Notes under the pieces: generated by a model
What the model saw: only the letters and a program-made list of their open reading frames with translations
Told to the model about the DNA's origin: nothing
Database searches by the model: none
Shown here: in pieces, positions 27,181 to 40,977 of the stretch
Position numbering within the stretch: the first letter of the stretch is position 1
How the letters are laid out: the number at the start of each line of letters is the position of its first letter
Assembly: GCA_000320545.1 (NCBI GenBank)
Contig: ADNK01001434.1
Location: 62,001-126,000, forward strand
Reading direction: 5' to 3'
From: Bigelowiella natans CCMP2755
Lineage: Eukaryota; Protista; Cercozoa
DNA: 64,000 nucleotides
Made by a program: the position numbers and the translations under genes

Positions 27181-27678
27181 ATGGAGGACAGCAGCAGCAG
27201 CAGCAGTGGGGTGAGATTCAACCGGGCTGAAGACGATTCACCCTGTATCGGACAGAAGCGCGCCAGGATCGCCCTTTTTAGGCCTGTCATCGTCGAGGCG
27301 CTGGCGTTTCTACGTCCTCTCGAGTACACACCCAATGAACCCTTCCCCTGACCTGATTCGCTAATCCTCGTTCCCAGAGCAATCAATGTGTTGCTACTCT
27401 CCATGTCGCGAACGTGTATGATGTACGCGATGATGATCGTTCACAGATTACTCAGCACGGAGTCAGTCTGCAAGTCCTGGAGGGCCATCCTCCGGGAGCA
27501 CGATCAGGTATGGAGAATTAGCTATGTGTCATGGTACCTAGGCGCTACAGACCACACACGTAGACGGCAGCAGTTGCGTGAGGACAGCACGGAAGGTCTT
27601 CTGGGTAGCCTTCTCACACGAGCACGAAAACGCTGGAGGGACCTTATCGTATGGGTAGTAGTAGTAGTACTGCTGCTG

Positions 27679-27726
<48 letters not shown>

Positions 27727-28067
27727 CCAATTACCGTACTTACACTGCTTCACACTTTGTCAGCCATCTTCTTGAATCAATCCCCCACATTGTCACTGCT
27801 TGTGTTGGTTTTGAGGATGTTATTCGCTTTTGCTGCAGAGGAGCATGGCGGAGGCTATGCGTTATAAACCGGGCGATCCGCGCGTGTGTCAGCGAGTGAA
27901 CATCACCAAAGAGTCTCTCACCAATGGCACCTTCACCGACGACACCACCGCAAATAGCAGCATGGCCAAAAAAATGTTTCTTCGCCGCCTCATGTTGCTC
28001 ACACGCGGCGATGATATCAAGAATGCTGCCGACGTCTTCGAGAATGTAAGTAAAACAGCCCATGGTA

Positions 28068-28108
<41 letters not shown>

Positions 28109-28918
28109 TGTTGTTGTTGTTGCAGTAGTAGTACCAGCACCAGCATCAGTAGCAATGGTAGTAAATCCGTAGTAGCAACCAAGTCTGCAGTAGAATCTCG
28201 CTCTCATTCCCTTCAATTATGATATTGTGTTGGTCGGATCCCGTGGTTCTTTGAATACGTGCAACGAAAATCGCACAGGACAACGATCGCCCGTAAGCTA
28301 CTATCCGAGCTCATTCATGCGTGTTGATGATATAGGGAACGAGTCTAGTTTTAAATTTCAGTTAGAATTTGCTTATTATAGAATCTTGTCGTCGTGCAAG
28401 TTATAGGTGATTGTGTATACAGCACAGCTGTCCGCAAGCCGTCAATATACTTTTTGTTGGTATCTGCTCGCAGATGTATGGCACACGGGGTTCGAAAACT
28501 ACAGCCGTTGCAGCATACTCACCGTCTCCTAGCCCATGCTAGAGAGCAAGCCCCTCAGCAGAATGACCATGATCGTTGCGTTGAAGAAAAGCGGCTCCGA
28601 AGAAGCTCCCAGATTGCCTACTTCGAGTGCTTGGTGGAAGAGGCATCGGTAGGGCTGGTATCAGAGTCGAGTGTATTTAACGCTCGTGACCACGTCGGAT
28701 GGAGAAGTGCTAGCGTTGGGTACCACAGCGATGACGGTAGTAGTAGTCATAGGAGCAGTAGTTGTAGTAAAAGTAGAAGAAGAAGAAGAAGAAGAAGAAG
28801 AAGAAATAAGTAGTAATAGCGTGAATAAATAGCGCTAGTAGTAATTACGTAACCCGGTTCTGTTCTGATCGTGTTAATACAATACTAAGCTTTAGTCGCG
28901 AAGATGAGAGCGATCGAC

Positions 28919-28965
<47 letters not shown>

Positions 28966-29800
28966 CATAGGAACAGCAGCGGCAATAGTAGTTAGTAGCA
29001 GTAGTAGCAGTAAGTACGCCGCTTTTGTAAGGCGGGCTATACTTCAACCTGAGGGGAGCGGAAAGGGGCGACGAAGAATCCGAGGACGAGTTTTTTAACT
29101 TTATGGACCCTGGACCAGGTATTAGTAGTAGTAGTAGTAGTAGTAGTAAGCACCAGTAGTAGCAATTGCTGGTGATGGCAGAGGTAGTGGAAAGAGGTGG
29201 CAAATACCTCTTTACAAGAGGGTTCTTGATGATGATAGCATAGCAATGGTCATTGTTGTTGGTGTTGGTGTTGTTGTTGTTGTTGTCTGCAGAGTATGGG
29301 GAAAAGCTGTCGTTCGGGGAGCCATTTGGAAAGGCACACCCAGTAAGGCGCATGAGCTTACCATCCAACACTGCACAACACACACACACACACATAAATA
29401 AAAAATATATATCTAAAGATATGCATATACGTGGGAACTATATGAAAGCTTTGCTCCTATATCTCGTATATGTCACTCTTATCCACTTCCCCTCCTCCTC
29501 CTCCTACTTCAATCCGGTCCTTTCCTCGTATTGTTATTTCTCTTCCATAAACGGTAGTCCGTCGTCGGCTGTGGTGTGGATTTTGCCACCTCCACAGTAA
29601 GTCGTTGGACATTTATAGGGACAGAGGAGACTATCATCGTCTCCCGCTACTTCCCAATTATCATATTCACCACCAAGAACCATTCTATTTTGCAAGAGAT
29701 GTTGTCGCTCTCCTTTTCCCTACACGATCATTGAGCCGCCGTTCGTCGTATCTTGTATCAGTAGAGCATCCATCATTTGACGATGTGGGGATCTAGTGGT
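27181..29800 (+). CDS. F-box + SPRY domain protein; 3' end approximate
   Basis: Splicing across ~27324-27447 gives F-box LFRPVIVEALAFLRPLE|LLSTESVCKSWRAIL...VWR. SPRY motifs: IAYFECLV..ASVGL, VGW..ASVGYHSDDG|GLYFN, FGEPFGKAHP|SVVGCGVDF. Confidence 0.8.
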
Positions 29801-30287
29801 GTCAGTCACAATGAATGCATTCATTCATTCTATTATCACTAGAGAACCATTGTTATTTTCTGCTTCGCGCATCGTAACATCCTAGAGCTATGAGGTACGA
29901 ATAGACACTATGCACTCGCACTTGTAGGTATTCTTCACCCTGGAAGGAAAGCTAGTTGGTGCTCGCACGTTTCATAGGAAGTCACTAGAAACTGCGCGTC
30001 TGCCTGCAGTATCCATTCACAGAAAGGGTAGCATTCCGTAGTAGCATGTTGGCAGATTATAATAAAGTTAAGCAAACTGCTATAGCAGTGGCACGTGCTC
30101 TTTTGAACCCGGATTCCAAAAAAATAAAGTGTGAGCGTCGACCATTTCTGTCCTGCGTTCTGGGACAGAGATCATCGACGTTTGCAGGACCGCGATTTTT
30201 TTTTTCACTCTCTTCATTCTGTGGTGCGACGCATAATGAGAAATGAGATGAACGAATGACCGGGATGACAATTCAACAATGATGATG

Positions 30288-30304
30288 GTACGTGGTGGAT
30301 AATA

Positions 30305-30344
<40 letters not shown>

Positions 30345-30392
30345 TTGAATCTTCACAAATTCTAATTATTTTTTTATAATCCACCACGGTAC
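30288..30392. mobile_element. Small foldback/MITE-like element with imperfect ~27-bp terminal inverted repeats around (AT)n
   Basis: GTACGTGGTGGATAATAAAAAAA at 30288 versus TTTTTTTATAATCCACCACGGTAC ending at 30392. TA dinucleotides lie at both outer ends. Confidence 0.45.
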
Positions 30393-31359
30393 AGGGGGCC
30401 TGTGCGCATTGCTGCGCTGTTCGTCACATTTCCTGTTCGACATCGACGGTTACGTACTTCGACGCTTAAATTGCCGGGGAAATGATAGAGCTGGGAAGGA
30501 GTCCCTCTCCGTCTCTACCGCTGCTGCAGAGAACAGCAATTGTGGTAGACCCTGACGTCAGGTGTTGTGACATGTGTGTCCACACAGCTGCTGTGTTGGA
30601 CGCTGACAGCAAATACATTGTCTTTCTTGGCACTTGAAACAGAGCCGCAACCATCTACACATGTCACACGCAACACAGCCACATCGCTTCTTGTCATCTT
30701 TCTGCGCCAGCGCGCAAATTACACGATCAGCCGCACACCTGTGCCAGGCATCTGTTAAAATAGTCTCGTCTGAAGGCATGACAACACTGCATAAAGCCAC
30801 ACACATGCAAACAGACTTCATCATGGATGATCACAAATCTAGCCATATGCAAAGCTGAAAGCATGTGCTTTCCACGCGCAGGCATTGACAGGTGCAACTG
30901 GCACGCATGGCACTCATGCACAATTGGTGAATGCCATTGATGCAGTCATGCAGGCAGTGCTATGGGCATGTACGTCTAGCTATTCACGTGCAATGCAATG
31001 TGTTGCCGCAGAGAGGCACCTACGGTGCACGATGAGTGCGAGTGTTGCGTATTGCGAAACACTTAGCTTAACATCGACAACATGGTAGCAAACTCCAAAC
31101 GCTGCAGTGCTAGAGTGCGTGAAATATTGCAACTACTATGATGTTGCGAAAGCAGCATTAAAGCAGCACACATGAAGTGCACGCAGTTCTTCACATGATC
31201 TTTGCTCATCAGCATGATTCCACAAAACATTCCCCCACGAATCGTACAGAGAATCTACAGACAACTTGTGTCTCTACACCTTCCAAAGTACACATGTACC
31301 ACATACACGTACGCATAGAGAAAAAGATAACTTGTGTCTCTATAATCGAAATCATAATG

Positions 31360-32113
31360 CTATGAATGCCCACGGAAATTAGCTTTCAGAGCCTCATAAA
31401 ATTTCTGGAAGTCATCACTATTCCCATTGCCAAGATTTCTTATCTCTATGATAGATGTATCAGATTCTTCCTTGTACGCGTAGATGTGCATGAGGCATTG
31501 AACTTGCAAGTTTTGATCTGCCTTCTCCCCTTTCAGCGTGAGAGAAACTTTCATCTGTAATCAGCGAATCGACGCAACGTGTGTCAGCTTTGCTTCGAGC
31601 GGCAATCATCAGTGACACATGCATATACGAGTTCACCTGCCACGAACAAGAGCTCTACACGGGTGTTGCACAGACGCGCTCCACACAACAGACAGGCTCA
31701 TCTCATACTCGCAGTTTCAGCACGCATGGCTTTATTCCATCCAGATTCGTGAAACATATATCCTTCTGCCTAACCCCTACTACTATTACTACTATTACTA
31801 CTACTACTACTACCGCGAGCGTTCTATCGAGTTCCAACAGCACATCGGCTTTGCAGTGGTCCAACATGGCGAGCAGATACTTCATCGTTTCGAACGGTGA
31901 GTCCCGGTGTACGACCTTGGTGTGAAACTTTATCGGACCTAGCTTTTCGCTATAAATACGAGCCTTTCCGTTTATAGCCTAACGGTAAGTCAGCCTCAAT
32001 GTAAGAAGAGGGATAAACAACTTGAGATGCTCGGCTCAAAGTCAAGCATTTTCAATCCGTGATCTTTCTATAATTTCAAACGAAAGACGCAACGCACACT
32101 CATGTGTACTACT

Positions 32114-32146
<33 letters not shown>

Positions 32147-34828
32147 CACAACTACTGAGTACAGGCAAGGTAGAAATGACCAACTTTTTCGAATGCGGTT
32201 TCGTCAATCTTCTCCGTTTTCTGGAAAAGATGTTGGAGGGGCGGGATTTCGTATGCGATATCCGTCAAGGCCTTAAACTTTTTAGAAAATAAGTTATAAT
32301 CTGTTTCATCGTCCGTCTCCACAGATCGTTTCGCTGCTGTTTTTACTGCGAAGGCATAGCTGCCTTCGTCTTCCACCTTTTCCTCCCTTAAAAGAGCGTT
32401 AGCCCATTTTATCTTCTCCTCCATTTCCTTCTTCTGTGATGATGATCATGAAAATAGTAGGAAAAAGGGAAGGGTTACGAATGAGAAAGCACTGGCAGAC
32501 AGGGCACTAAATGAGTAATTTTGTAGAAGTAAATGAAAGTAGAATCTCTTCGGGGTGTTCTTTTTGTTTGGAGCTGATGGATGCTTGCTGGCTTACTTAC
32601 AGGAGAAAATGGTTTCCTGCCTTTTAGTGTTTGGTGCGACATAATTTTTCCGATATCAGCTCTCTCGGACGGGTCCCACGCAAGCATTTCATACAATAAG
32701 TCCATATCTTCCTCGAATTTATACACTTTTACATCCCAATTCCTATCTTCTTGCTTCGCCTCCTTCTGCAACTCTTCCACGTCCCTGGTAGCCAGCGAGA
32801 GAGAGAGGGAGGGGGAGAGGGGAAGAGGTTAGGCTCGCTCATTTTCTATGGTATTTAATGTCGTTGACGCTTACCCCATGCTGTAGCACGTCCTCGTGTT
32901 ATAGCGTCCAAGTGGATGCAAATGTAGCACCATTGGAAACCCCACAAATTGCTTCGATTTGAGGTAATCGTGAATGTGTTTCACTGAGAAGAAAATGAAG
33001 ACGAAGAATTACGATCCTAGCCGGTCTGCTATGGAGCCGCAATGTGAAAATGGTGATGATCACTAAGATGGCGAGAATGAAACGGTGATGACGGTTGGTG
33101 AGTAATGATGAGACATGCAGCAGTTTCTTCTTAATTGACTTACATGGGAATTGAGCTCGGTGTTTCACTCGATTTTTCCGAATCAACTGTTTGAAAACAG
33201 TATTCCAGAAAGACTTCTTATCCCCCTTCTTTAGATATTCCTGGAGACTATCCACGTCCTCGTGGCCGCGAAAGAGTTGGAACCGGTACTTCATTGCAAA
33301 AAAAAGGCACCCAGAGCTGAATATATCAACTTTGTAGTCGTAAGGTTTCCTGATTAATGATTGATGACGACAGCATATTCATCAGTAGACCATGAGGGGA
33401 ATGTAGTACTTCTAGCTCCTTTCTTGGTGTCATTATCGAACAGTTTCAATTAACTTCCTAAGACATCTACCAGGTCATTACGTTCGTCCATTCATAAAAG
33501 ATTGTATGGTGTGATCATCATTATTCGTCCCCGTCATCATCGTCATCATCATCATAATCTTTCATCAAACTGACGGGGAACACATTTTGCGAAGAACGGG
33601 TCCTTTGCCACCGTTTCCTTGACTTTCGCCGTGATTTTGGCCCCTGTGCACGCAACAACAACAACAATAATCACCACACACGCACACATGCACACACATG
33701 CATATACATTCGTCATTGTAAAGAAAGGAACAACAAGCTGACAGATATAATAGTTGCACTCTCTGTGCGTGGAGCCAGAGTTTGTGTACACAGCAAAGGC
33801 ATGACTTTGGTACTTTTGCTAATTCTCCTCCCCCTTGCACCCCCCTTCCTCTGATGATACATATCTTCAAGCAGCATTCAATGGTTAAAAGCTTGCTCTC
33901 GACTTACCTAATTTTTTTGTGTTCAATAACTTCGGGTGCCATATAGCCCGGGGTTCCCACATATCCTTCGGCCTTCTCTTCTTTAAACACGCAGCTCCCA
34001 AAATCTCCGACTTTCAGTATGAAATCCGCTCCAATCAAGGTATTGCTGAGCTTTATGTCCCTGTGGATAATCCCCTTTTTTTTCATAAATTTGAGTGCCT
34101 CCACAAGCTGTCGCCGGTACTCCTGGACTAGTTTTTCGCTTAATGTTGCGCACCTTAAGAAGTCGGAGAGATTGCCATGTTCGCAAACCTCAAGTGGGAG
34201 GTACACAGGTAAAGACTGTTTACCGTTCTTGTGAGTGAATATATATTCGCCGTGTCGTCGTCCGTTAATGATATATTGGCAGGGCTCGAGCTCGGATAAA
34301 GCTCTCCACTCTCTTTCAACATCCCTGCGAAAAAGAGAGTGGGCTTAGAACGATGCTGCCACACGTGTCTCGAGCACCGTTTATTTAATTTTAAAATTTA
34401 CTGAAATCGCAAATAAACTCGGAGCAGCATTGTGGTTGAAGAGTTATATCTCCCCTCCCCCCGCCCATCTCGTTACGGGCTGACTATCCTCACCGTTTTC
34501 TATTCCTGTTCCATTGGACTTTAAGAGCAACGTTAAATGTTCTGGAAATTTTATCATACATTAAAAACATCTTTCCATTTCTGTCGTTGTCAAAAGACCA
34601 ATTGAATCAACTTATCCACAACACACACCTGTTTTCTACTTTACACGTAGCCAAGTAAACTCGGCCAAAGCTGCCCTTCCCTAGATGTTGTTTGAGTTCG
34701 AAATTTCCCAATCTCCGTTTCATATTTTCAAAAGTCACGGCATTCTGAAACTCCTCTGGCTCCTCTTCCTCCATGTTTCCTTTAGCGTCCTCCGTTGTCT
34801 CTTCGTCTACTTCCATCTTATCGCTCAT
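31360..34828 (-). CDS. Ser/Thr protein kinase (CAMK/Polo-like catalytic domain) with C-terminal KA1-like domain
   Basis: LGKGSFGRV, VALK, HRDIKLSN, DFG, GTPGYMAPEV, YDYKVDIFSSG, MLAWDPSER. The tail IIEIRNLGNGNSDDFQKFYEALK resembles a KA1 terminal strand-helix. Confidence 0.92.
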
Positions 34829-35153
34829 CTTGTATTCGTTGCTCGTTCTGGCGTAAGATAGGTCGGTGGACCTGATCGGACTACTATGTCAAGCGCTCAA
34901 CTACGAGTATTTCGTAGATCTAGATGTGATGTATGGGAACTCAGGACAGATCGTAGAGCCGCTTTATTATTTAAAATCTCGACGTTCGCCTCGCCTCCTG
35001 AGCGACAACCAAAAAAAACGACATGCACTGCGACATACCTACTAGCTTGTCGCAGAAGAAGAGAACCATCCGTAACACTAATTTACGACCCGGAACTACA
35101 GGGCAGATCAGGTGATAAATGGTACATGTGTTTGGAGACTCGCTCGATACGTC

Positions 35154-35340
35154 ATACCTTCTCGGCCTTTTGGCTAAGATCAAGTGTAGTATCTGTTCTT
35201 ATCAGCTTAATCTCTGATACGCGGCCCACTGGGTCGCTTCAAGATTAAACTTATTTTTGAGCCGTGAGGAGCCACCATAGCTAGCTATGGCCTTCTCGTA
35301 AGTGGCCTCGGTCTTGCACCTTTCAACCGAGTGCTGCTGG
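35154..35340 (+). ncRNA. U2: U2 spliceosomal snRNA
   Basis: ATACCTTCTCGGCCTTTTGGCTAAGATCAAGTGTAGTATCTGTTCTTATCAG, containing the branch-point recognition sequence GTAGTA. Stem IIa TATCAG/CTGATA, Sm site ATTTTTG, stem-loop IV CTCGGT-CTTGCAC..-ACCGAG; ~187 nt. Confidence 0.97.
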
Positions 35341-35751
35341 TACCTACGGGTACCCCCCAACAAACCCAAATATTTAACCTGAAACTGAATCTAGACCACA
35401 ATTCTTCAAGAATCATAATAATAATTCACATGAACATGATCTTCTGTCGGTGCTCCTGGAAAACCGAGGGATTTGGTTGTCCAATTTTCGGGCAGAAAGA
35501 CCCGTGGTTTTAGCAGACTCCAAGTGACTTTATGTTGTCGCAACAAAGTATACGAGGAGGTATAGCCGTTTGATGGAAGGTTCTGGGAACGTAGTAAAGT
35601 TTTGGGAAAATTCTTGCAACGACATTCTGTTGCCCGGTGCTCGGTTTTAACACTGTCATCGCAGACTGAGATTAGCCATCAGAGGTTCCCTCCCCCTCTA
35701 CACAAGTATTAATGGATTTTGAACTTCTGGTTTATTTTTTTATGCGGTCAG

Positions 35752-36689
35752 ATGGGAGACAAAGAAGAAGGTCAAGTTGCACGCAGGCAAGCGAACGGAG
35801 GAGGCGAGTTCTTATATCGTGTGGTTGAGGTAGATCAGTCGACTACAGAAGTACTCTGCTCCTTGTATTACACAATCATGCTCATACGATATTTTACTAG
35901 CAAATGCAGGAGAGGAGTAATGCGTTCTAAAACCAGTGAAAGGATCACTATGTGATTCGATTGTGTTAACTTCGTGGCTCTTCCTTAGTATGCTCAATCC
36001 TGGAATGACCGCGCTGCACTGCCATCCGTCTGTAAGAGCTGGTACGCTTGGCTCAATTCTGGAGCCAAAGGTAGGAAGCATGAGGGCTATTCATAAGTGC
36101 AGAACGGGGGAAAGGGGGGAAGGAGAACGACTGACGGATAGTAGCGCTCGACGGCCCAAATACCTGCCTTTCGCATGCACATGCATCTATTATGTTGTGA
36201 TAGTCATCATTTTCGTGTTGAGAGGGTGTAGTCCTATCATCTAAAATGTGCTTCATTATTTGGGTTGATTCAGATGGAAAGATGTGGCGCGTTCTTTGCG
36301 GATGCTTGGAACGTGAGGGTTGGGCGTCCATCGAGCACTTCGCCCATAAAGGAGGGAAGCACGATCTGAAATTCAATTTCCTTAAACTGTTTCACATGCG
36401 CAATATGATCGAGGTGGGTAAATGGAGTAAACGCGTTTTCTTGTATGTTTACGTCTACAAAGGAATACCACTGTCGTCATGCTTGACGTAGAGTAGAAAA
36501 GGACGATGTAGTTGTAAGCACAGGCACAGCGTGTATGGTACAGTGCGTGATAGAAGTCATTTTTGTCCCACTCCCCTCCACTATAATTCTTCCCTCAGAG
36601 AAAAGGCGACAGCAAGTTCTCTATGCATGTCGCTGTTCGATTCCGCCCTGAACGGAAAGTGAAGGTGGGAGCTGGATCACTACTAACAT

Positions 36690-36723
<34 letters not shown>

Positions 36724-39087
36724 ATACACTCACACACACATGGAGTTGAAAGATACCAAATGCGATGCTTTCTCTCTCACAGGATGACGGAAAACACTCG
36801 TCGTTGGCAAGTGGAGCTGTCATAATCCCACTGTAAGTAAACGTGAGCCAGCAGATTTAACAAAGAACTGTTGTCTCAGCACAGATATTCATCATTTATC
36901 GAAGTTGCTTCGAGTCATCATGCATGGAACGCATAGACATGTGTCATATTTTGACAACAGTAAAAAGAATGACAATCATGAAATTCATTCTCCGTCGGAA
37001 CTTTCAGCATCTGCTAACGAGCTGACGTTTTCCTTTGTCGGTCTTCTTTTCCTTTGTCGGTCTTCTTTTGCGTCGTCGTTACGAACAACAAGGCATCAGC
37101 GACTGCAGATGTTGAAGGCAACGACACGCAATAAGTCGGAGCTTAACGCCAAGATGAAGCGACAATTAGGAGGAACAGGAAGGAAGAAGAAAGGCAAAAA
37201 AAAAAAATAGCAATAGTTAGTAAACAAAAAGAGATAGATATCGCCACCCGGAACAGTAACATATTAAATATCTGTCACGGTTCATCAGTAACATTAGTTA
37301 TTTTGCCCCTTCCCCCCCCCTTCCGTTCTTCCCCTTTCCACTCTCTCTTTCCCCTCCCCCCCCCTCTGTGATCCATTTCATCATTCCTGGACATCAAAAG
37401 ACACGATCGTTGTGCTCCATAAGAAGGACAATCACCACAATAACAACAACAACAAAACAAACCCAGAATCAACAGCCGCCGTCCACTGTGATGATAGTGG
37501 TGGCGCTAAAAGCAGCAGTAGTAGCAGCAGTAGCGGTGATGCTCAACCTCAACTTCGTCGTCGTGAGGAGGACGTCTCCAACTCCGAGGATGATGGTAAA
37601 AACCCCGGTGATCATAAGGATAACGTCCATGCGCGGACGCACGCGATGGCGCGCGTTGTATCCATCGACCCAAGTGCTAAGCAGGTACTAGAAGAAGAAG
37701 AAGTAGTAGTAGTCGGAGTAGTAGTAGCTGCGTAGAAAAGAAGTCCATAGGACACAATAGCGACGGGGATGGGTTATGATAGAGATAATAATGATAAATA
37801 TAAATGGGGGAAAAAAAAATTAATGATAATAGTGATGCTAGTAATGGTGGCGGTTTTGGCAGGTCGTGATGCTCGCCAAAGGCGTGGGATTGCGCGGATT
37901 TGATTACGACTGTGTGATGAACGAGGAGACGAGTCAGGTAAAGGACAGACAGCAAGGGGGGGGTCACAATTTCCTTGGAACTAACACGCCAGCTCTCTAC
38001 TACCGGACGTCATGATTACGATAATAGTATTGATGATATGTGGTGAGGGATGGTAACTGCTATCCAATAATATATATACACATATATTACCGATGCTGTT
38101 CGTTTTCGACATCAGGCTGCAGCATATTCCAAATGCGCTGGGAGTCTTGTGAGCGACTTTCTCAACGGTGTTACTAGTAACCTCTCATCAACCTTTGGCT
38201 TTATTTTCCAGCGACGCGGCATTTCTAGTGTCTGTCATTATAGTCTTGCACTTCTTCTTCATCATCGTGATCCAAATCATAACCGCGCACTCTCAGGGTT
38301 CAATGCTGCGCTATTCGTATACGGACAGACAGGCACGTGCCTTCTCAATTGTCTCGATAAATTGACACAGCACACAACGCACTACACTTTTTATTCATGC
38401 ACATAGAAGCAACCGTGAAAACTATTGAGAATTCACGTATCAGTGATAATGACGTCGTCTTTCCCCCACATTCGCACCTCGCTAACGCATGCGTCTTATC
38501 CCCTCCCTCCAACCCCCCCCTTTTTTTTTAAAACCACATAGGTTCTGGAAAGACGCATACGATGTTTGGTCCTGAAAGAAGTGGCGAGGACGATGGCTCC
38601 GACGGAGAAACGGTACATCCATAGCACTTACACATAAGGCCAAGCTTATCGACTACCAGCGTTCGATGAATATATGCCTCCCCCACCTCACTGCTACTCT
38701 CCTACTCTTGCTGGCGGCTGGGGGTGTGCTGTTTTGCATTGTTGCTTGTATGGTGGTTGCGTAGAATGGGGTCGTCCATCGAGCATGTGAGCATATCATG
38801 GCAAAGATCCACCAGAGAAATAAGTACGGTTGCCAGGCCAAGGTAGAAGTAGTAGAATAGTGGTAGTCGATATTGGTTAATGCCTGTGCTGCCCATGTCG
38901 CTGCTGCAGCTAAGTTGCTTCCACGCCAACGAAATCTGAAGGAAGTAGTTCTTGCGCGGCCTCGTGTATAAATGAGGACACCGATGATGATCTTGGCTGT
39001 TGTTGTGAACCGCGCTATTACGCCGATGGGCCATCTCATTCCCTATCTGACACTTGCACACAATTGGTGATACGTAACACCTCGCAT

Positions 39088-39123
<36 letters not shown>

Positions 39124-39772
39124 GTGCATAGGTTGGAATATCGTACGTGGAAGTATACGGCGAGGAGGTCACCAACTTGCTCAAAAGCGGTAGCAGCAGC
39201 AGCAGCAGCAGCAGTAGTAGCACGGCGTGTTGTGACAGACCTATTCGTAGCCTGCAGCAGAGCAGAAAAGAAGCGAATAGCAAGCAGCGAGGAGGCAACT
39301 ATGTGGGCGATGGTCAATCGAAAATAAGTTGATTTCACCAGAAACAACAACTAATCTTAGGCGAGCTGGTTTCGAGGAACAAAGCGGCGGCGCGCGAGTA
39401 TGTGATGAAGGTGCGATCCTCCTTCACAATCACAACAGCACAGTGAAGTCGATGCATGATAAGCCGCGCCTGTGATTGGTCCTTCTCGCCTGTTCGGAAG
39501 ATCTCTAAATAAGCAGCTCAAGATACGTGGGGATCGTCCTCGTCACCATTGCAACCATCCTGCTGCGTTTCGATACGATATAATCGGCGAATTGAGAGCC
39601 TCATTCCTTCATTCTTTCTCAATGTATTCTCCGTTCAGGGCCAAGCAGAGGCGAAAGTGGAAGATCTTCACCACCTGCACAAGCTTCTGCGCGAAGGGTG
39701 AATGAATCGCGTTTTTTGGCTGAAATTAAGAATCATAAGTGCAGTGAGTATGACCGCCATCAGTAAATGGGA

Positions 39773-39811
<39 letters not shown>

Positions 39812-40023
39812 ATAACGATGATGATGACGATGATGCTCGAAACAACTGTCGAAGTACTGTCATATTGAAAACAAATGAAGATGTCGTGGACGGCAAAGGA
39901 TTAAGCATATCTCATTCTCACGGTTGATGATCGTGTCAGGGAGGTACAGAAGCGTCGTGCTGCAACTGCAATGAACGAGAGTAAGTGTAGCAATGCGCCT
40001 CTCGTTTCAACTTTGTTTTCTCA

Positions 40024-40061
<38 letters not shown>

Positions 40062-40492
40062 CTAGGGTCCTCCCGAGCGCATACTCTGCTGATTTTCAGG
40101 CTACAGCAGGTAATATATGGTGCATTGTGTATTTGGAGTGAAATTGCAAATTCAGCACCTCTACACTCAGACAGGAAGGGCATGATTTAGAAGAACATAC
40201 TACTTAGATTTCAATCATATATCCAATGGTTGCCGTGATAGCCTTTTTGAGTTATTTCTCTTTCCAATCTCTCCTTCTCCGATTCTTTCTACTCCTCCTA
40301 TTCCCCCCCCCCCCTCTTCACCTGAAAGCTGCACCCAAAGACCAAAATGACGCTAGAGAGTCGTCTGATATTAGCGGATCTTGGGGGTGCGGAACAGGTG
40401 TGATCTGATGGCTAAAACTCAGCTGCTGTGGCACTAGGAGGAGGGGGGGAGAGAGGGGTGGGGAGAGAAGGAGGCGGATAAGGAGGGGTGGA

Positions 40493-40551
<59 letters not shown>

Positions 40552-40930
40552 GGGAGAGAGAGAGAGAGTGTGTGTGTTTGTGTACTACAACTATTAGGAT
40601 CCCCTGAGATGTAATGCCATGCACAGATCAAAGAGAGTAAAGTTTCTGGTGAGCGGCTGAAGGAGGCAGGTGTGATTAGATGGGATAGAAGAGAGAGAAG
40701 AAGAACAAGAAGACTTTATGAGAAAATCTATTGTTGTAGAAGTCGTGGTCGATGAATTGTTGTTCAATCTCCTAAACGGCACTCCCCCCCCCATACACAT
40801 ACACACGCATGCACACATACATACAGAGAGATCTAGAGAAAGAGAGAGCGATAGAGAATAAATTCTTCTTCCTGCAGCTACATCATCCATAAATATACTC
40901 ACTCACACACATACACATATATAATATGAA

Positions 40931-40977
<47 letters not shown>

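Noticed and set aside
27054-27405. Apparent overlapping divergent start codons at CCATG 27401-27405
   Set aside because: The site lies in the first intron of the F-box/SPRY gene. The more plausible starts are 27181 (+) and 26743 (-).
30466-30921. Cys-rich short ORFs suggesting a zinc-finger gene or transposase
   Set aside because: The Cys/His/Met richness is explained by TG/CA-rich composition, and no DDE or RT motif was found.
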